Assembly: GCA_002633005.1 (NCBI GenBank)
Contig: NMRA01000647.1
Location: 89,050-153,049 of the forward strand
Length of the DNA stretch: 64,000 bases
Source of the DNA: Phoronis australis
Lineage: Eukaryota > Animalia > Phoronida
Direction: 5' to 3'
Below the pieces are notes generated by a model. The model was not told the DNA's origin. It ran no database searches and worked only from the letters and a program-made list of their open reading frames with translations. The translations under genes and the position numbers were made by a program. Shown piece after piece: positions 1 through 12,600 of the stretch (position 1 is its first letter; every line of letters starts with the position of its first letter).

Positions 1-269
1 AAAAAATTCTTTCTAACAATTAGAATTCCTCAGCCTTGCCATACGTGGACACCTCACCTACATTTTGGGTCACATGCGGACGGATGGAAAAAAAGAGACA
101 AAATGGCAAGACCACTTTACACCATTAAACATAACTTACAAAACTGTGCAGACATCATTAAACAAGACGTGAAATTACAAAAATTTCTAGCAGTGCAGAG
201 AAGTATAGATAACCTGAATACATGGAATGTCAAAAAACTGCATTAAAATTTGACGAAACCATTACTCAC

Positions 270-398
270 CTCATTAAAGAACAACCCTGCCTTTCGAAGT
301 ACCTCTTGCACTTCAATCAACTCCAACTGGTTCCGCTTTAGTGCCTCGTTGCTAGCGCTTACCTCTCGGAACATTATCTCACACTTTACGAGTTCTGC
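270..398 (-). CDS. ATP6V0A: V-ATPase subunit a, coding exon 4 (129 bp)
   Basis: AELVKCE...[27 protein letters not shown]; TTCAG acceptor, GTGAGT donor. Confidence 0.93.
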
Positions 399-3300
399 CT
401 GAAGAAATTGAACTGTGTATAGATGGGAGGTCACGAATCGCACATCAGCAGTAAGCTGAACCTCAAAGATGGTGACATCTGGAGACAATTACACACAGCG
501 TGCAGGAAGCCAAAAGTTGTAACTAAACTATTTCAATATGTCAAAAATAGATGCAGAGAAATTTTACGAAGTCATCAAAAAGTTATCAAAATCTTGACAA
601 AATCTTCTGGTGGTGAGAAAAATCAAGTCTAAATACTTCAAATTGGTCCAATAAGCATTGCAATCAAGCAGGGTATAGCAAACACTTGAGGTACAAATCG
701 TTCACTGCAACAGAGGTTAACTGTAACAAAATGATCTGTCTTGGTTAAAGCACAGCTGCCTTAGCACTTGTGCAATGGAATGTTACAGCTGAGTGAACAA
801 CAGGTTAGTTGTAACTGAATGTAGTGTGGTTGAAAAGAAATTCACAAAAAGCTGCAAGATGACAAAAATTGAAAGAAAAGTAAGAGGAACTGCCAAAGAT
901 TTTGCTATTTCCAGAGATGAGGTGAAATAATCATTTTAAATCCTATGACACCAGAGTTCAGTCGCGGTCACTCAATCAGTCACTAAAAGTTATTTTCTTA
1001 AATGATTACTGCATTTCTCCTGAGCTGTTCAAGCCTCATCGTTTGGAAGAAAACAGACAATCACAATACAACACAAACTTCAGATCAGACTAGCTACACC
1101 TCGCACAGATCGAAATTCTAAATGCACAGCCATACTGCAAAGGGTCAGCAATACTGAGTGGTCAGAGGGTAACACACGACAGGTGACCACAACTTCATGG
1201 AATCTTGATTTTTGTGACCAAAACAGCCACCAGCATACCTCTAATTTGCTGAAATCCTTGGGCAGAGGTGCAGCTGGCATGCACTGTATGGTGGGAATGA
1301 CTATGCCTGCTTTACTGATCTCCTTTTCCAAGAAACCTGGAAAGATGATGTTGACATTTAAGTACTAGTCCACAAGAGCACCAGCCATCTAGCGGCATGG
1401 GGGGGGGGGTCAGCCGATTTTCACCAAATTTGGCACACAGGTAGTCCTATGGGATCTATAAACAGTGGTAAAATATCTCCTAACATGGATCTGAATGGCT
1501 GACCCTCCACCTTGCCGCTTGTTGGCTGTACTTTGGTCGGTGGATCCGTGGACTGATACTTAATACATCCAGCTGTGATGAACATTCGTGTCGTGTGTAA
1601 CTATTGCGATTCTTAATCATCTGCTGAGGCTGAAGTGAAATTTTGTTTTAACAATAACATTCATCTTATTTTCGAAAAGAACAGTGCATCGTAATATAGT
1701 TTGGTGGAATGTGAAAATGCTCTTTTCGACAGTGAAATGTTGCAGCAGGCATTTCTTAGTTCCTAAATTTTGTTCATAATGATTAACAGGTTCTGATTAC
1801 CTACTAAAGTTTTCTTGATTAAGTTGAGATGTTGCCATTTCTAACGAATCTGTATTTTGTTTTCAATTAGAAATCTCAGACCAGATGTAGTCAACAAAAC
1901 GTAACAAAAAATATCATAGTTAGGAAAAGGAAAAGCTTGTTATTATTATATGGCCACCAACACTCCTGTACTTTGACTGGCCAAAATGCAGTTGGGGAAC
2001 AATATAACTTTTCAATCATGCCGCCAGGACACCAGATGTCGATATTTGTGATCTGACAATTAAATGCGGTAATTCGACACTCATTAGTGTTTGTCGGCAG
2101 TTCCATAGGAATACACTTACGTAAAATTCTTTCCATTTCTTCACTTCTTCGAATCTGGTTGATAAAACGCCGTTTGAATGCGTTTGTTTCAGCATTCAAC
2201 TGCAAAGAGATCAAGCAACGAGGTGACATTATTAGTTGAAAAATGTCATGTAAGAAGAGAAATGGGACTACTGCCACATCTATCCAAAAGCTATTTTAGA
2301 CAGTCGGATATAACGTACCCATATTTTGAGAACCAGTTTGATGCCCGTTATTCAGTGGAGAAAACTGGTTCTCAAAATAAAGGCAAGTTATATCCATCCA
2401 TTACTGCTTTTTGCAACAGCTGGATGTGTTCAGAATGGAGTGCATGCATGTATACAGCAGAGGTTCCAAAAATGCAGTTAGGGAAAGGCCTACAGTTAGG
2501 GAGGGACCTAAAGTTAGGGAGGGACCTACAGTTAGGGAGTGGCCTACAGTTAGGGAATGGTCTACAGTTAGGGATTGGCCTACAGTTAGAAAGTGGTCTA
2601 TAGTTAGCGAGTGGCCTTCAGTTAGGCAGTAGCCTACAGTTAGGGATTGGCCAAAAGTAGACAGTCAAAATGCCCCAGAAATCCCTGGCGTGTTGACTGG
2701 GAAGAAGACGAAATCCATGTCAGACTAACCTTCTCTCATGACCAAGAATGAAGTGGAATTAACACTGGAAAGTTACTACAGTAAGATGGAAAGGAGTTTT
2801 ACTGCTCTGATGCTATTACTTATTGTCACGGCCCGGAAATGGTATTTTGTCAATATTATTGTCAGGTGCTGTATCATGGTTTTTGCATTTTGTCATGGAC
2901 ACAACGCCAGCAAATAATTACAACACGTAATGCAGCAAATGATAACGATATAATGAACACTATAATTGAACACAATAGAAGACGTGAGACGAGTTCCGGT
3001 GTACGCTAGCAATAATAAATTAAGTAACAAACAACTGGCCCAAGGACAAACGTCTTATTTTATGTCAGAATGAGCATGCCATGTGCGCATACCATATTTT
3101 GTTGAAATTGAAAAATGGAAAAAGCTTTGCAGGCCAAAAAAAATTCTTTGCCATTTTTCCACTGCAATTTGTGAAAAATTGGCCGCCATGTCATTCAACA
3201 GAAAGTGATAATAGACTTTCCATAGCTGACAGCTGATGGATTTTAAATACTTGCAAAGTTGCTCAGTTTGTCTTTTTGTAAGAGGAGCTCGACTTAAGGA

Positions 3301-6300
3301 AGATAAAATAATTCCTATAATCGGTAAAATGAATGCACACATTCAAAACCAGCAAAAAAGAATGCGCTTACTCCGGAAAATGAAAGTTAATTTGGGAAGC
3401 AAATGCCTTGAAATTTTTGTATCCCTTTACTCTTGCAACTAAAAATGCAGTCACAGCATCAACAACATGGTTGAGAACAAGATTAGACCAATATAATAGA
3501 CAACAAGGTCACACAGTTGGGTTATTTTTATATCTCATCCTCAGCTGCAATCATTTATTAATATAACCTAATATTTCTAACAGAGTCCAGGGCTTGTAAT
3601 AGAAGCCAGCCTCAAACTGAAGACAACAACGCAAAGGGTCTTTTAAAAGGACACTTAGACTTCACGACAATTCTTCTCAAAGCAATCACCGCCTATTAGA
3701 AGACAGGGTTTATGCAAGAAGAGAAAAGTAATTGTTATTTCCAAGCACTCCCATTAGTGGGAAACCATAACAAAAAACAATTAATAGAAATAACATAGAG
3801 TTGACCCATTTTCTGCCTGACTTAACACTCCATGGACTTCATGACCTACATCATCAAGTTAACTCTTACCAAATAGAGAAAAATTAAGGAATAATTTCCC
3901 ACTGAAGCTGTTCTTGCCCCTTAAACTAGGTATTTGTTACCACTTTTCCTTGTTATCCTGTTATTGAATGTGGAATCTTTGACAACTGGGAATATCTTCA
4001 AACAGAAAGTTCCTTGCTGGTCAATATCTTTCAGTTTTAAAGATGCCTCACTTTTAAAAGTAACTTCTTAGCCATTGTCCACTCACTGCTGATTAGTTTG
4101 GATTTAAATCTCAAAAGGCAACAAACCAGCTTCAACAAGTTAGTCAGATATATTTGTAAATCAAGGTTTCTTGGAGTCTGCCTTCCCCTCAATGCACTCG
4201 TTACTAACTTCCTTCACTTTCTCATGAATACATTTCAACTAAAAATTTCCGAATGACCCGTATAAAGAAAAAAACGGGGCTCTTTTCGGATATTTCTGCA
4301 TGTCTGGACAAAACATCATTCCTTAAAGGATCATGATCACTTGAAGCGGAAGCACGACCATACTTCAGTTGAAATAGACAGTAACCAATTTCCTGATTAA
4401 ACAGATCCTTCAAGACACATATACAAGTCAATAACAGCCCATGGCACAATGAGGTTCTTGAGGGTGGCAATCCTGATTTCTAAAAGAAGCCGCACCAATT
4501 GTTCTGAAGTCTCTGCGTGGGAGCTCTTTTTGGATGCAAAGCCACTTCAGTAAAATCCTCAGTGCAGACAGGCAGCATGGGTGAAAGCCAAGTATTTCCC
4601 AGAACAGACAAGACAGTATCAGATGAATATGTCCCACACCAACTCGAAACTTTGTAATCAATTTGCCAGTGATGGATGTAATTCCCTTTGAAACCGTTAA
4701 AGAATTATGTGGTTGCAGGAGGACCATTTGCACAGCAATCAATGAACTCTGTAGATCATGTGGTTGCAGGAGGGCTGACTGAATGTACAGCCATGAAAAA
4801 AATGTCTGCATATCAAGTAGTTAGAGGGGAGCTGTTTGTATAGCGATCAATGAACTCTGTAGATCACGGGGTTACAGGGGTAGTGACTATCTATACAGCC
4901 ACCAATCAACTAAAGCAAAAGTCATGCTTCTTGGTTAGCTGACTATGGAGGCAGTTTTCAACTTTATTTCATAATCTGGAGTGTTGAGTATGACACCTGA
5001 GCTTTAGCTATTAACTGTGATTAACAGGGCAATACTTATAATGCAGTTTGTCAAAAATCTGCATTTATCATATTGCACTGTGCCTGGACACATGTACTGG
5101 TAGCTTTGGCCTGATCCATACGATGTGGGAATATATGATGGTTCTTAAATCTCATAATTTCTATTTGCTCGAGTGACATGTGATGTATGTATATGGAGAT
5201 ATCGGTGTAAAACAAAACACAGTCAAAGATAACTCACTACCTTATATTAAGCATTTATGGTAAACACACAAAAGAAGAACGCACAGACTGCTATATACCA
5301 GATTAAAATAAATTCATGTTCCAGGTAAGTCATGTCTCCAGTGGACCTCCAACTGAGAAGCCCATCCAACACAAATAAGATACACGTTGGGGTCATGCAT
5401 GTCTTTTAATCCAAATATTTAGCAACCTGTTATGTAAATGTGATAAGACAGCTGTGGTATTTTATCAGCTCTAGAACTCCTATGAAGTTCGTATCAAAAC
5501 GGTCTGTATTCTCAACAGACTATTCATCAATGTGAACTTCCATGTTAGATTGTAGAAGATCTTCCACTGCTAGGTTTCAGAGATTGACCAGCATCCTCCA
5601 ATGTTTCATACCTTACTGTCTTCTATTTTCTGCAGCAATGCCTGCAATTTTTGGTATCACAAAAATTACTATACTTATAAATTTAACAACATCTTAACAT
5701 TGCAATCACTGGGAAAAAGTGCCTGTAGTTGTAATTCACCAAACTAAGTTAAATGGCAAAATTGCAACACTTTTGTCCATTTGTGAATTCAGGACCAATT
5801 ACATGGCCTCAGTTGGACTGTGCTACCTACTAAAGCTCTGTGACATAACACAATGGGTGCCCAAGGTGCTATTTTGCAACTTCTCAGTTTAGACATCACC
5901 CTGGGTCTTGGCCAGGTTTATAGTAGTCCCACTAACACTACAAAAATTTACATGGATCAGCTGACACAGCATGGGATGATCTGATGGGGGCGGTGTGTAA
6001 CTACGTGGGTGAACGGAAATGACACGGAACAAACTGACGCCATGCCGACAACTTTTGTCACCATCTGTGTGGTAGAGCAAGTTGTACCTCATTAACTTAC
6101 TTCGTGTCAACTACAGGTATAAATGCAAAACTGGGGCAAGGCAGAAGAGATCATCTCTATTGCGCTTGTGCAAAAATGCACATGAGACATAGGTGGCCAT
6201 TTTGTGCAATTTCTACAATTTGCCAGTCATCTGTACTTTAAACTTTTATCCTGACCATCATTTCATTTGTCAGTAAATTGTCAGAATACTACACACAGTT

Positions 6301-9300
6301 TAAAACAGATTCAAGACTAGGTTCAATTCAAATGCTTTATAGTTACGTACAGGAGGTCTACTTATCAAAGTGTCAATCAGTTGATCAAAAAAACAACATA
6401 GAAGTAAAACTCAGTGTCATGAATTGCATACACGCGGAGGAATTAGAAGCACCATAACAACAAAAACAACAACAACAATGATAATGAACTGAGACTCCGT
6501 GCAATTTCCATCTCTACGCATGTGCACTCCACCTTCCTGCCTACAATACCCACTTTCATAACACCGTTTCTGAGTAGTCTGGGCGTAAATAGTTGTTTGA
6601 CACTGATCATCTTACGCCGTGTCACTTGCGCCGTGTCAATTGCGCCATGTCACTTGCGCCGTGTCAGTTGCGCCATGTCAGTTGCGGCATGTGCGTTGCT
6701 CTAAGTCAAAAGTTAATGTCTAAACCGTACTTATTTTCAAAAACGTTGGAGAAACAATGTCTAGGTGGCTCATATTTATCATTAAACTTAGAAGCGAAAA
6801 TGTCCTTTTAATTTTCCATGGTCTTTTAAAATTATTGGGATTAACCAAACGTTTAGTCTGATGGCAGCTATAGTTCACAACTTGAGCACAGTAAAGCACT
6901 AGGTGCAACAGACCTTTTATCACAAAATGACAAAATGAAAATTTCACTTGCGTTTATACAGACGATATTTAGACAGTATGAAAAGGGTAAATTTTGGGAA
7001 CTATTTTTGTCCGAATTTGGTGAAATTTTAAAGAAGGTCTACCCATTCGCTTATGACTACAGCATGTGCGTATGACTACAGTATGTGCAAAACACTTGAG
7101 TCAATTGATGGAGTAGAATTTCCAAATATCACCTCCCAGTGAAGTCTTACTTACTAGATACCAAAGGGTTTATCTTGCTGTGAATTCAATTTTAAAGGCA
7201 ATAAATAATAAAATAAAAAGTTCTTAATTTAAACAAGATGCACAAAACACCCTAATTATTCACAAACACATGCACAAGCTATAAAATTAATGCACGCACA
7301 TATAAGTGAAGACCAGCAGGACACGCCTTTATGCAAAACCCTTAATAGGTAAAATTGTCTTTGAAAAATGCAGGGTTTTGATTATGGCGAATGCCCCAAA
7401 ATACAAACACAGACTATATAATACACAGTAAAGTATCCTGAAAATTGAGTAAAAGTAAACACCAAAACAGTAATTTTCCATTTTTCAAAAGCTCACTATA
7501 AATAGTCAAAATGCACAAAATCTTGTCATGTGTTGATGACAGATGTAATCTAAATTTTGCAAATAATGGAGTAAAGCAATCCTCTTGTTTAAATTCTGTG
7601 TTCTGATTTGAGTAAGCTTTAATGTAATCAGGAATTTCAATTTTACAAGAATAGTTCAAATTCTTTAAAAACAACTTTATGACACAGGCTTTATGACTGA
7701 ATGAAAACCTTTAATGCAAAAATTGCAATAAAACCAGTCTATAAATTGCTGTTTTATCAAACAATTGGCCATATAATACATCTTCCTGGAAGTCATTGAG
7801 CAGCCACTGTGATAAGTCTGGTCCAATGTACGCACACAATAACTTCCTGAATTTGGTTATCGCATAAATTTACAACACCGGCCTCATTAAATCTGTGCTT
7901 GCTGTGAAAAACTATGTTTTTATTTCGGTCATTTAAAACATTATGAAATTGTTCTCAAATTACATCTCGGTCAAATAGACTCTGTGATTTATGAACTTGT
8001 AAAGAACTGATAGTTTGTCATTTCTTCAGGACAAACTCATAAAATTTCAGGTCGCAGCATGAGATCGCATCTAAACTGAATAAGGAACAAGACAAAATCA
8101 AACTTATAATAGTAAATGGCTAAAATCAAAACTTGCATTTTGACAAAGAGCACCGGTTTACTGCCACTTTAAGCCAAAAAAGCAGTCACAAGCTCCATGC
8201 CAACCACAGTATAACCATAGAAATATTGCATATCCATTTTTGTGAGGACCAGAAAGTTAAATCATTTGAATAATCCACATACACTATAGTGAAAAACAAG
8301 ATGTCCAAAAACAATAACCATACTACATCTTAAAGGGGATATAAACCTCCATACTCTCCAAGAAGCAAACTTTTGATTTAGACAACTTATTCACATGAAA
8401 TTAGTCTCATCTTGTTCCTTACGTAAGATGAAAAATAATATCTTTAACTTTCAAAGAACTCTTGTCTGACAAGCTAACTTGTACAGCCGTGTCTTCAGTA
8501 ATAACTTGTACAGCCCTGTCTCCTGTAATAACTTGTACAGCTGTGTCTCCAGTAATAACCTGTACAGCCCTGTCTCCAGTAATAACCTGTACAGCCCTGT
8601 CTCCAGTAATAACTAGTACAGCCCTGTCTCCAGTAATAACTTGTACAGCCCTGTCTCCAGTAATAACTTGTACAGCCCTGTCTCCAGTAATTACTTGTAC
8701 AGCTGTGTCTCCAGTAATAACTTGTACAGCCGTGTCTCCAGCAATAACTAACTGTCAATTCTTTCAAAGTCCAGAATCATCTCCAATTTGATTAAGGAGT
8801 AAACTGAGACCAATTTCATAACAGTAAGTCATCTAAATCAATTTGTTTTTTGTCATGAAATGTGAGCTTATTGCTGCTTCAACATCATTCAGTCGTAATT
8901 TGAGGGAACTAGCTAGATTTGGTGCTCGGCTGCAGTGGCCGCGAAAATATAAAAAATAATACCAAAGTAAACTTAAAGATTTGCATGATCTGTTACGCCT
9001 AATAATAATTGCAGTAAATGTTTGTCCTCATCTCAGGCTATTACGACACAGACGACTTACAGCATTTTTGCGATTAACAGCCTGCCTCACACTGCGTCGA
9101 AAAGCAACAATGAGTTCCAACAGACATGTTTTTCAAAAGCATTAACCAACAGGGCCAATGAGACCTCAGCTTCCAAAGGTGAGAAAACTAATAAAAGGAA
9201 TACGAATTGAAAAAGAAATGCCAGTAGAGGAGTCGACCTCAGTTCACCGCACTGCAAAAATGTAACTGCATCCTCTAATACACTTCGCTTGCACTATAAA

Positions 9301-9609
9301 TTGTTATTTCTTCCAAGGTTCAATTTTTGGATAAGCTCATTTTAGATTTGGACAAGTTGAATTGAAGTAGAATTTTGTCTGAAAGGACAACCAGTCAAAA
9401 AAGTTAATGCTGAGACCCGGAGAATCTTTCCAGGAAGCATTGCTGGCCAAAGATTAGTCTGAAAACTGAAAAACCTGCTAGTAATAACTTACATCCTTAA
9501 ACTGGACCAAACCCATTTCACCCAATTCTGACATCACGGTGTAAGAGGCCTCCGACTGGAGAAATAGCTGGCACAGCGCCATCTTCTGGCTGCGAAACAA
9601 AGCACCCAT
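270..9609 (-). CDS. ATP6V0A: V-type H+-ATPase V0 subunit a (116 kDa), 5' part only; coding exons 9609-9493, 2199-2121, 1336-1239, 398-270; continues beyond window start
   Basis: Spliced translation [141 protein letters not shown] is the typical Vph1/ATP6V0A N-terminus. All introns are GT-AG with consistent phases. Exon sizes 117/79/98/129 match, from recall, the vertebrate ATP6V0A layout. Confidence 0.95.
1239..1336 (-). CDS. ATP6V0A: V-ATPase subunit a, coding exon 3 (98 bp)
   Basis: [14 protein letters not shown]...[11 protein letters not shown]; CCAG acceptor, GTATGC donor. Confidence 0.92.
2121..2199 (-). CDS. ATP6V0A: V-ATPase subunit a, coding exon 2 (79 bp)
   Basis: [27 protein letters not shown]; GCAG acceptor, GTAAGT donor. 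Confidence 0.93.
2475..2652. repeat. 18-bp minisatellite (ggcctacagttagggagt), about 10 copies
   Basis: Directly visible tandem array. Confidence 0.9.
6615..6692. repeat. 14-bp minisatellite (tgcgccgtgtcant), 5-6 copies
   Basis: Directly visible. Confidence 0.8.
8475..8749. repeat. 27-bp minisatellite (ataacttgtacagccctgtctccagta), about 10 copies
   Basis: Directly visible; explains the spurious [12 protein letters not shown]. Confidence 0.92.
9493..9609 (-). CDS. ATP6V0A: V-ATPase subunit a, first coding exon (117 bp)
   Basis: ATG at 9609, [10 protein letters not shown]...VQFKD, donor GTAAGT; an upstream acceptor places the exon start near 9640 (short 5'UTR part). Confidence 0.95.
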
Positions 9610-10850
9610 CTTGACACAGTACCAGGACTATGAATCTGACCTATAAATAAATGCACAATACAGATTTACCAAGAATGTAGAAGGGGTAACGTTCACAGTT
9701 ATCACCACATAACAATAAAATATGGCCTTGTAATTTACTAGGTAAAACTAGTTAAAAATAAACCCTACCAGAAAATCTACACCTGTAGTCGTTTGGTACC
9801 CTTTTGAGTAATGTCACAATTACATGTATACAGCTCTGATACCACGTACTACTGGCTTCTGAGATGATATTTCAAGTTCATGAGTTCTATTGTTAGTCAT
9901 ACTACATCCTAGTACACAGGTGAGCAATTGTCATAAATTAAAGACACACAAAATTGTACAAATGACAGTTGGAGTAAGAGTAGACCGGGCTTTAGGTCAT
10001 GAATGTCCTCAACAGGATGAATTTTTTTCAGAAGCAAAAAGTGTCACTTTCTACATTTAAGCATATAGCAAGCTACAGCGACAGCCCATCAAGTCTTCCA
10101 TCCATGCCTTTCTAACATCACACTGAGTTAACTCATTCACTTTGTCTTCCCAAGAAGTGGCTTTTTGGAATAAAGATATAGCTAAGCATTTGCGCACTTC
10201 TCCATCATTGGAGAGAAGTCATTGAATCTTAGCTGTCCCTGCTGACCTGAGCCAAGTTTGTAATGCTCTGGGTCACAATGTAAAAAAGTATGTGTTACAT
10301 TTGAAAAGCCGCAATTTCTGTATGTAGTTTAAACTACTGTAAGACAAATGGTTGAAATTTGAAGTATAAACTGCATACAGCGTTTATTGCTTTGAAAATG
10401 GCAGTGGTATCCTAAATAAACTGTATACATAACAACTTCACATTTCTAAGAATTAGCATTAATTGAGACATGGAGCATGCGTGCAATATATGATGTATGT
10501 TTGAATTTTTGTCTAGAGGGAGAATCCAAAGGTTGTGCTGGTCACAGCTTGAGTGACATGTTGATGTTTGTAAACAACAACGGTGATTTACGATCAAATA
10601 TTGAAAAATCTAAACGGTGTTTAACTTGAGGTCATTTTAGTGAAATCCGCAAAGTACACAAGGTACGATTGGCTGCAATCTGGATACAATCCTGTGCAGT
10701 TTACTTGCGGCTTTGTATTTTTAACATGTACGCTAATGCTCCAAACGTATGCTAATGTACATGTATGCTAATGTTTGCTTATGCTGCAGAACAGGAATAA
10801 CCATGCTACAGGATTCATAAAGAATTGTAGTTGCGGACAGTTGTCCCTTG

Positions 10851-11111
10851 CCTGGGGACAGCAGGCACGTGCTCCTGGACACAGCAGGCACGTGCTCCTG
10901 GGGACAGCAGGCACGTGCTCCTGGGGACAGCAGGCACGTGCTCCTGGGGACAGCAGGCACGTGCTCCTGGGGACAGCAGGCACGTGCTCCTGGGGACAGC
11001 AGGCATGTGTTCCTGGGGACAGCAGGCACGTGCTCCTGGGGATAGCAGGCACGTGCTCCTGGGGACAGCAGGCACGTACTCCTGGGGATAGCAGGCATGT
11101 GCTCCTGGGGA
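10851..11111. repeat. 23-bp minisatellite (cctggggacagcaggcacgtgct), 11 copies, E-box in most units
   Basis: Directly visible; 8 CACGTG, 2 CATGTG, 1 CACGTA. Confidence 0.93.
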
Positions 11112-12505
11112 TTTGACTTCAATGTTCTTAGATTCTTGCATTCTAAACAACTCTGTGAACTCCACTCATAACCGATCTTTGCTCCAGCCAATCTGTGCAT
11201 TAAAACACTAGGCTAAGCATACGTCACTGACAAATCATGGACTTTTTGTTCGTCAACAGGCGTGATTTCACGCAGTGAGAGATTAACTCGAGCGCACCGT
11301 GGCGGATTTTCATGGATATGTTCAAGTTATGTTGATTAAATTGTATCCAGAGTCATGGTATGTATTAATTATAGCTCCATGTGCATATAGGCATGTTTCA
11401 TTCGATTTTATTTGAAGTGTTTTGAAATGAGTAACTTTTCATGGGGATGTACTATCACCCCTGTATGCCTGTAGCATTCAGGGTGATGTAATTGCCTACA
11501 AGGTGACGTATAAAGGTCCCATTTTGACAACTGAAAATATAGAGAACAGGAAGCAGATGATGAGAATGGAGACAATTGTTTCATGAGGGAGCCACAAGAT
11601 TACCCCCAAAGCCTATGCCTTAGGCTATGGGAACGTCCTTTAATTGCTTCACTTGCAACACCAAGAATCTTTTGAGTTCCCATTTCACGCAACATGCAGT
11701 TGGGAATGAGTGGAGTACACAGGTTGCTTCAACAGGTGATTCACAGCCACTAATTTGATTCATACAGATCAGAAGTTTGCAATTTTGCCTTGACCTAGTT
11801 AGTGCGACTTGGGTCTTGAACCAGTAAGTACCAACTCAGAAACAAAAATAATTTGAAAAGCATCCACCAGAGGACGTCTAACATTCTTACACTTTCCACA
11901 TTGGTCTGTCTACGTTTTTTTTTTTTTCTTTTGGTTTACAGCCTGACTTCAAACAAACTTCGAAGACGTTTGTACACAACAACGTCAATACACATAACAT
12001 AATGAAATGAACCGAAGAGGATTAAGGTGTTCTGCTACCGGACCACGGCACGAATCACGTCGACGACGACGATGATTGTACACCACGACGTTCTGTTTTG
12101 TTTACTTAAGACCCCATATGTTTGATTTTGATTTATCTCTCTCCCTCGCTCTTCATTCAAAAAATTAAAACTTACGTTCGTTGACGCCTAGCTAGGTTAT
12201 CTCCAAAGCAACTGAACTTTCTTCTGTAACAATGAAAACTTCAGGACACATCGTCTTCCCGAATTTTAGTCGGATAAGCACAGCACGAACGTATTGGTCG
12301 AGTCTAACGTCATGTGTTTAAGCTCAAGTGGAACACACAAATAATTCGTTTTTGAAGATGAAACCTTGCAATAAAAATTTAATTTATCTTCTAATTTATA
12401 AACATGTAATTTCTAACATAATAGCGTACAACAGATGCAAAATCTTGAAGATTTTAAACATAAAAAGAAATTAACATCCCTACTATGAAATCGACGCTTG
12501 CTCAC

Positions 12506-12600
12506 CGAGGTTGCCGACAGGTGACGAGACGGTTAAATAGGTCACATACTCAAGTGCAAACGCACCGACTCGTGAGTCTGTGAAGGCACTTCCGGACTGA
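12506..12600 (-). promoter_or_regulatory. Candidate non-coding first exon and promoter of the V-ATPase a gene
   Basis: Minus-strand donor CG|GTGAGC near 12506, locally higher CpG, and an ETS-type CCGGAAGTG motif (plus strand cacttccgg, about 12587-12595). An alternative donor lies near 12175. Inference only. Confidence 0.4.

Noticed and set aside
2475-2652. TTAGGG-containing array as an interstitial telomere
   Set aside because: TTAGGG appears at most once per 18-bp unit, not as tandem hexamers.
8462-11200. Repetitive ORFs (VITCTALSP..., CPQEHVPAVPRSTCLLSPGARAC...) in several frames
   Set aside because: Translations of 27-bp and 23-bp intronic minisatellites; open on both strands with no splice or start context.
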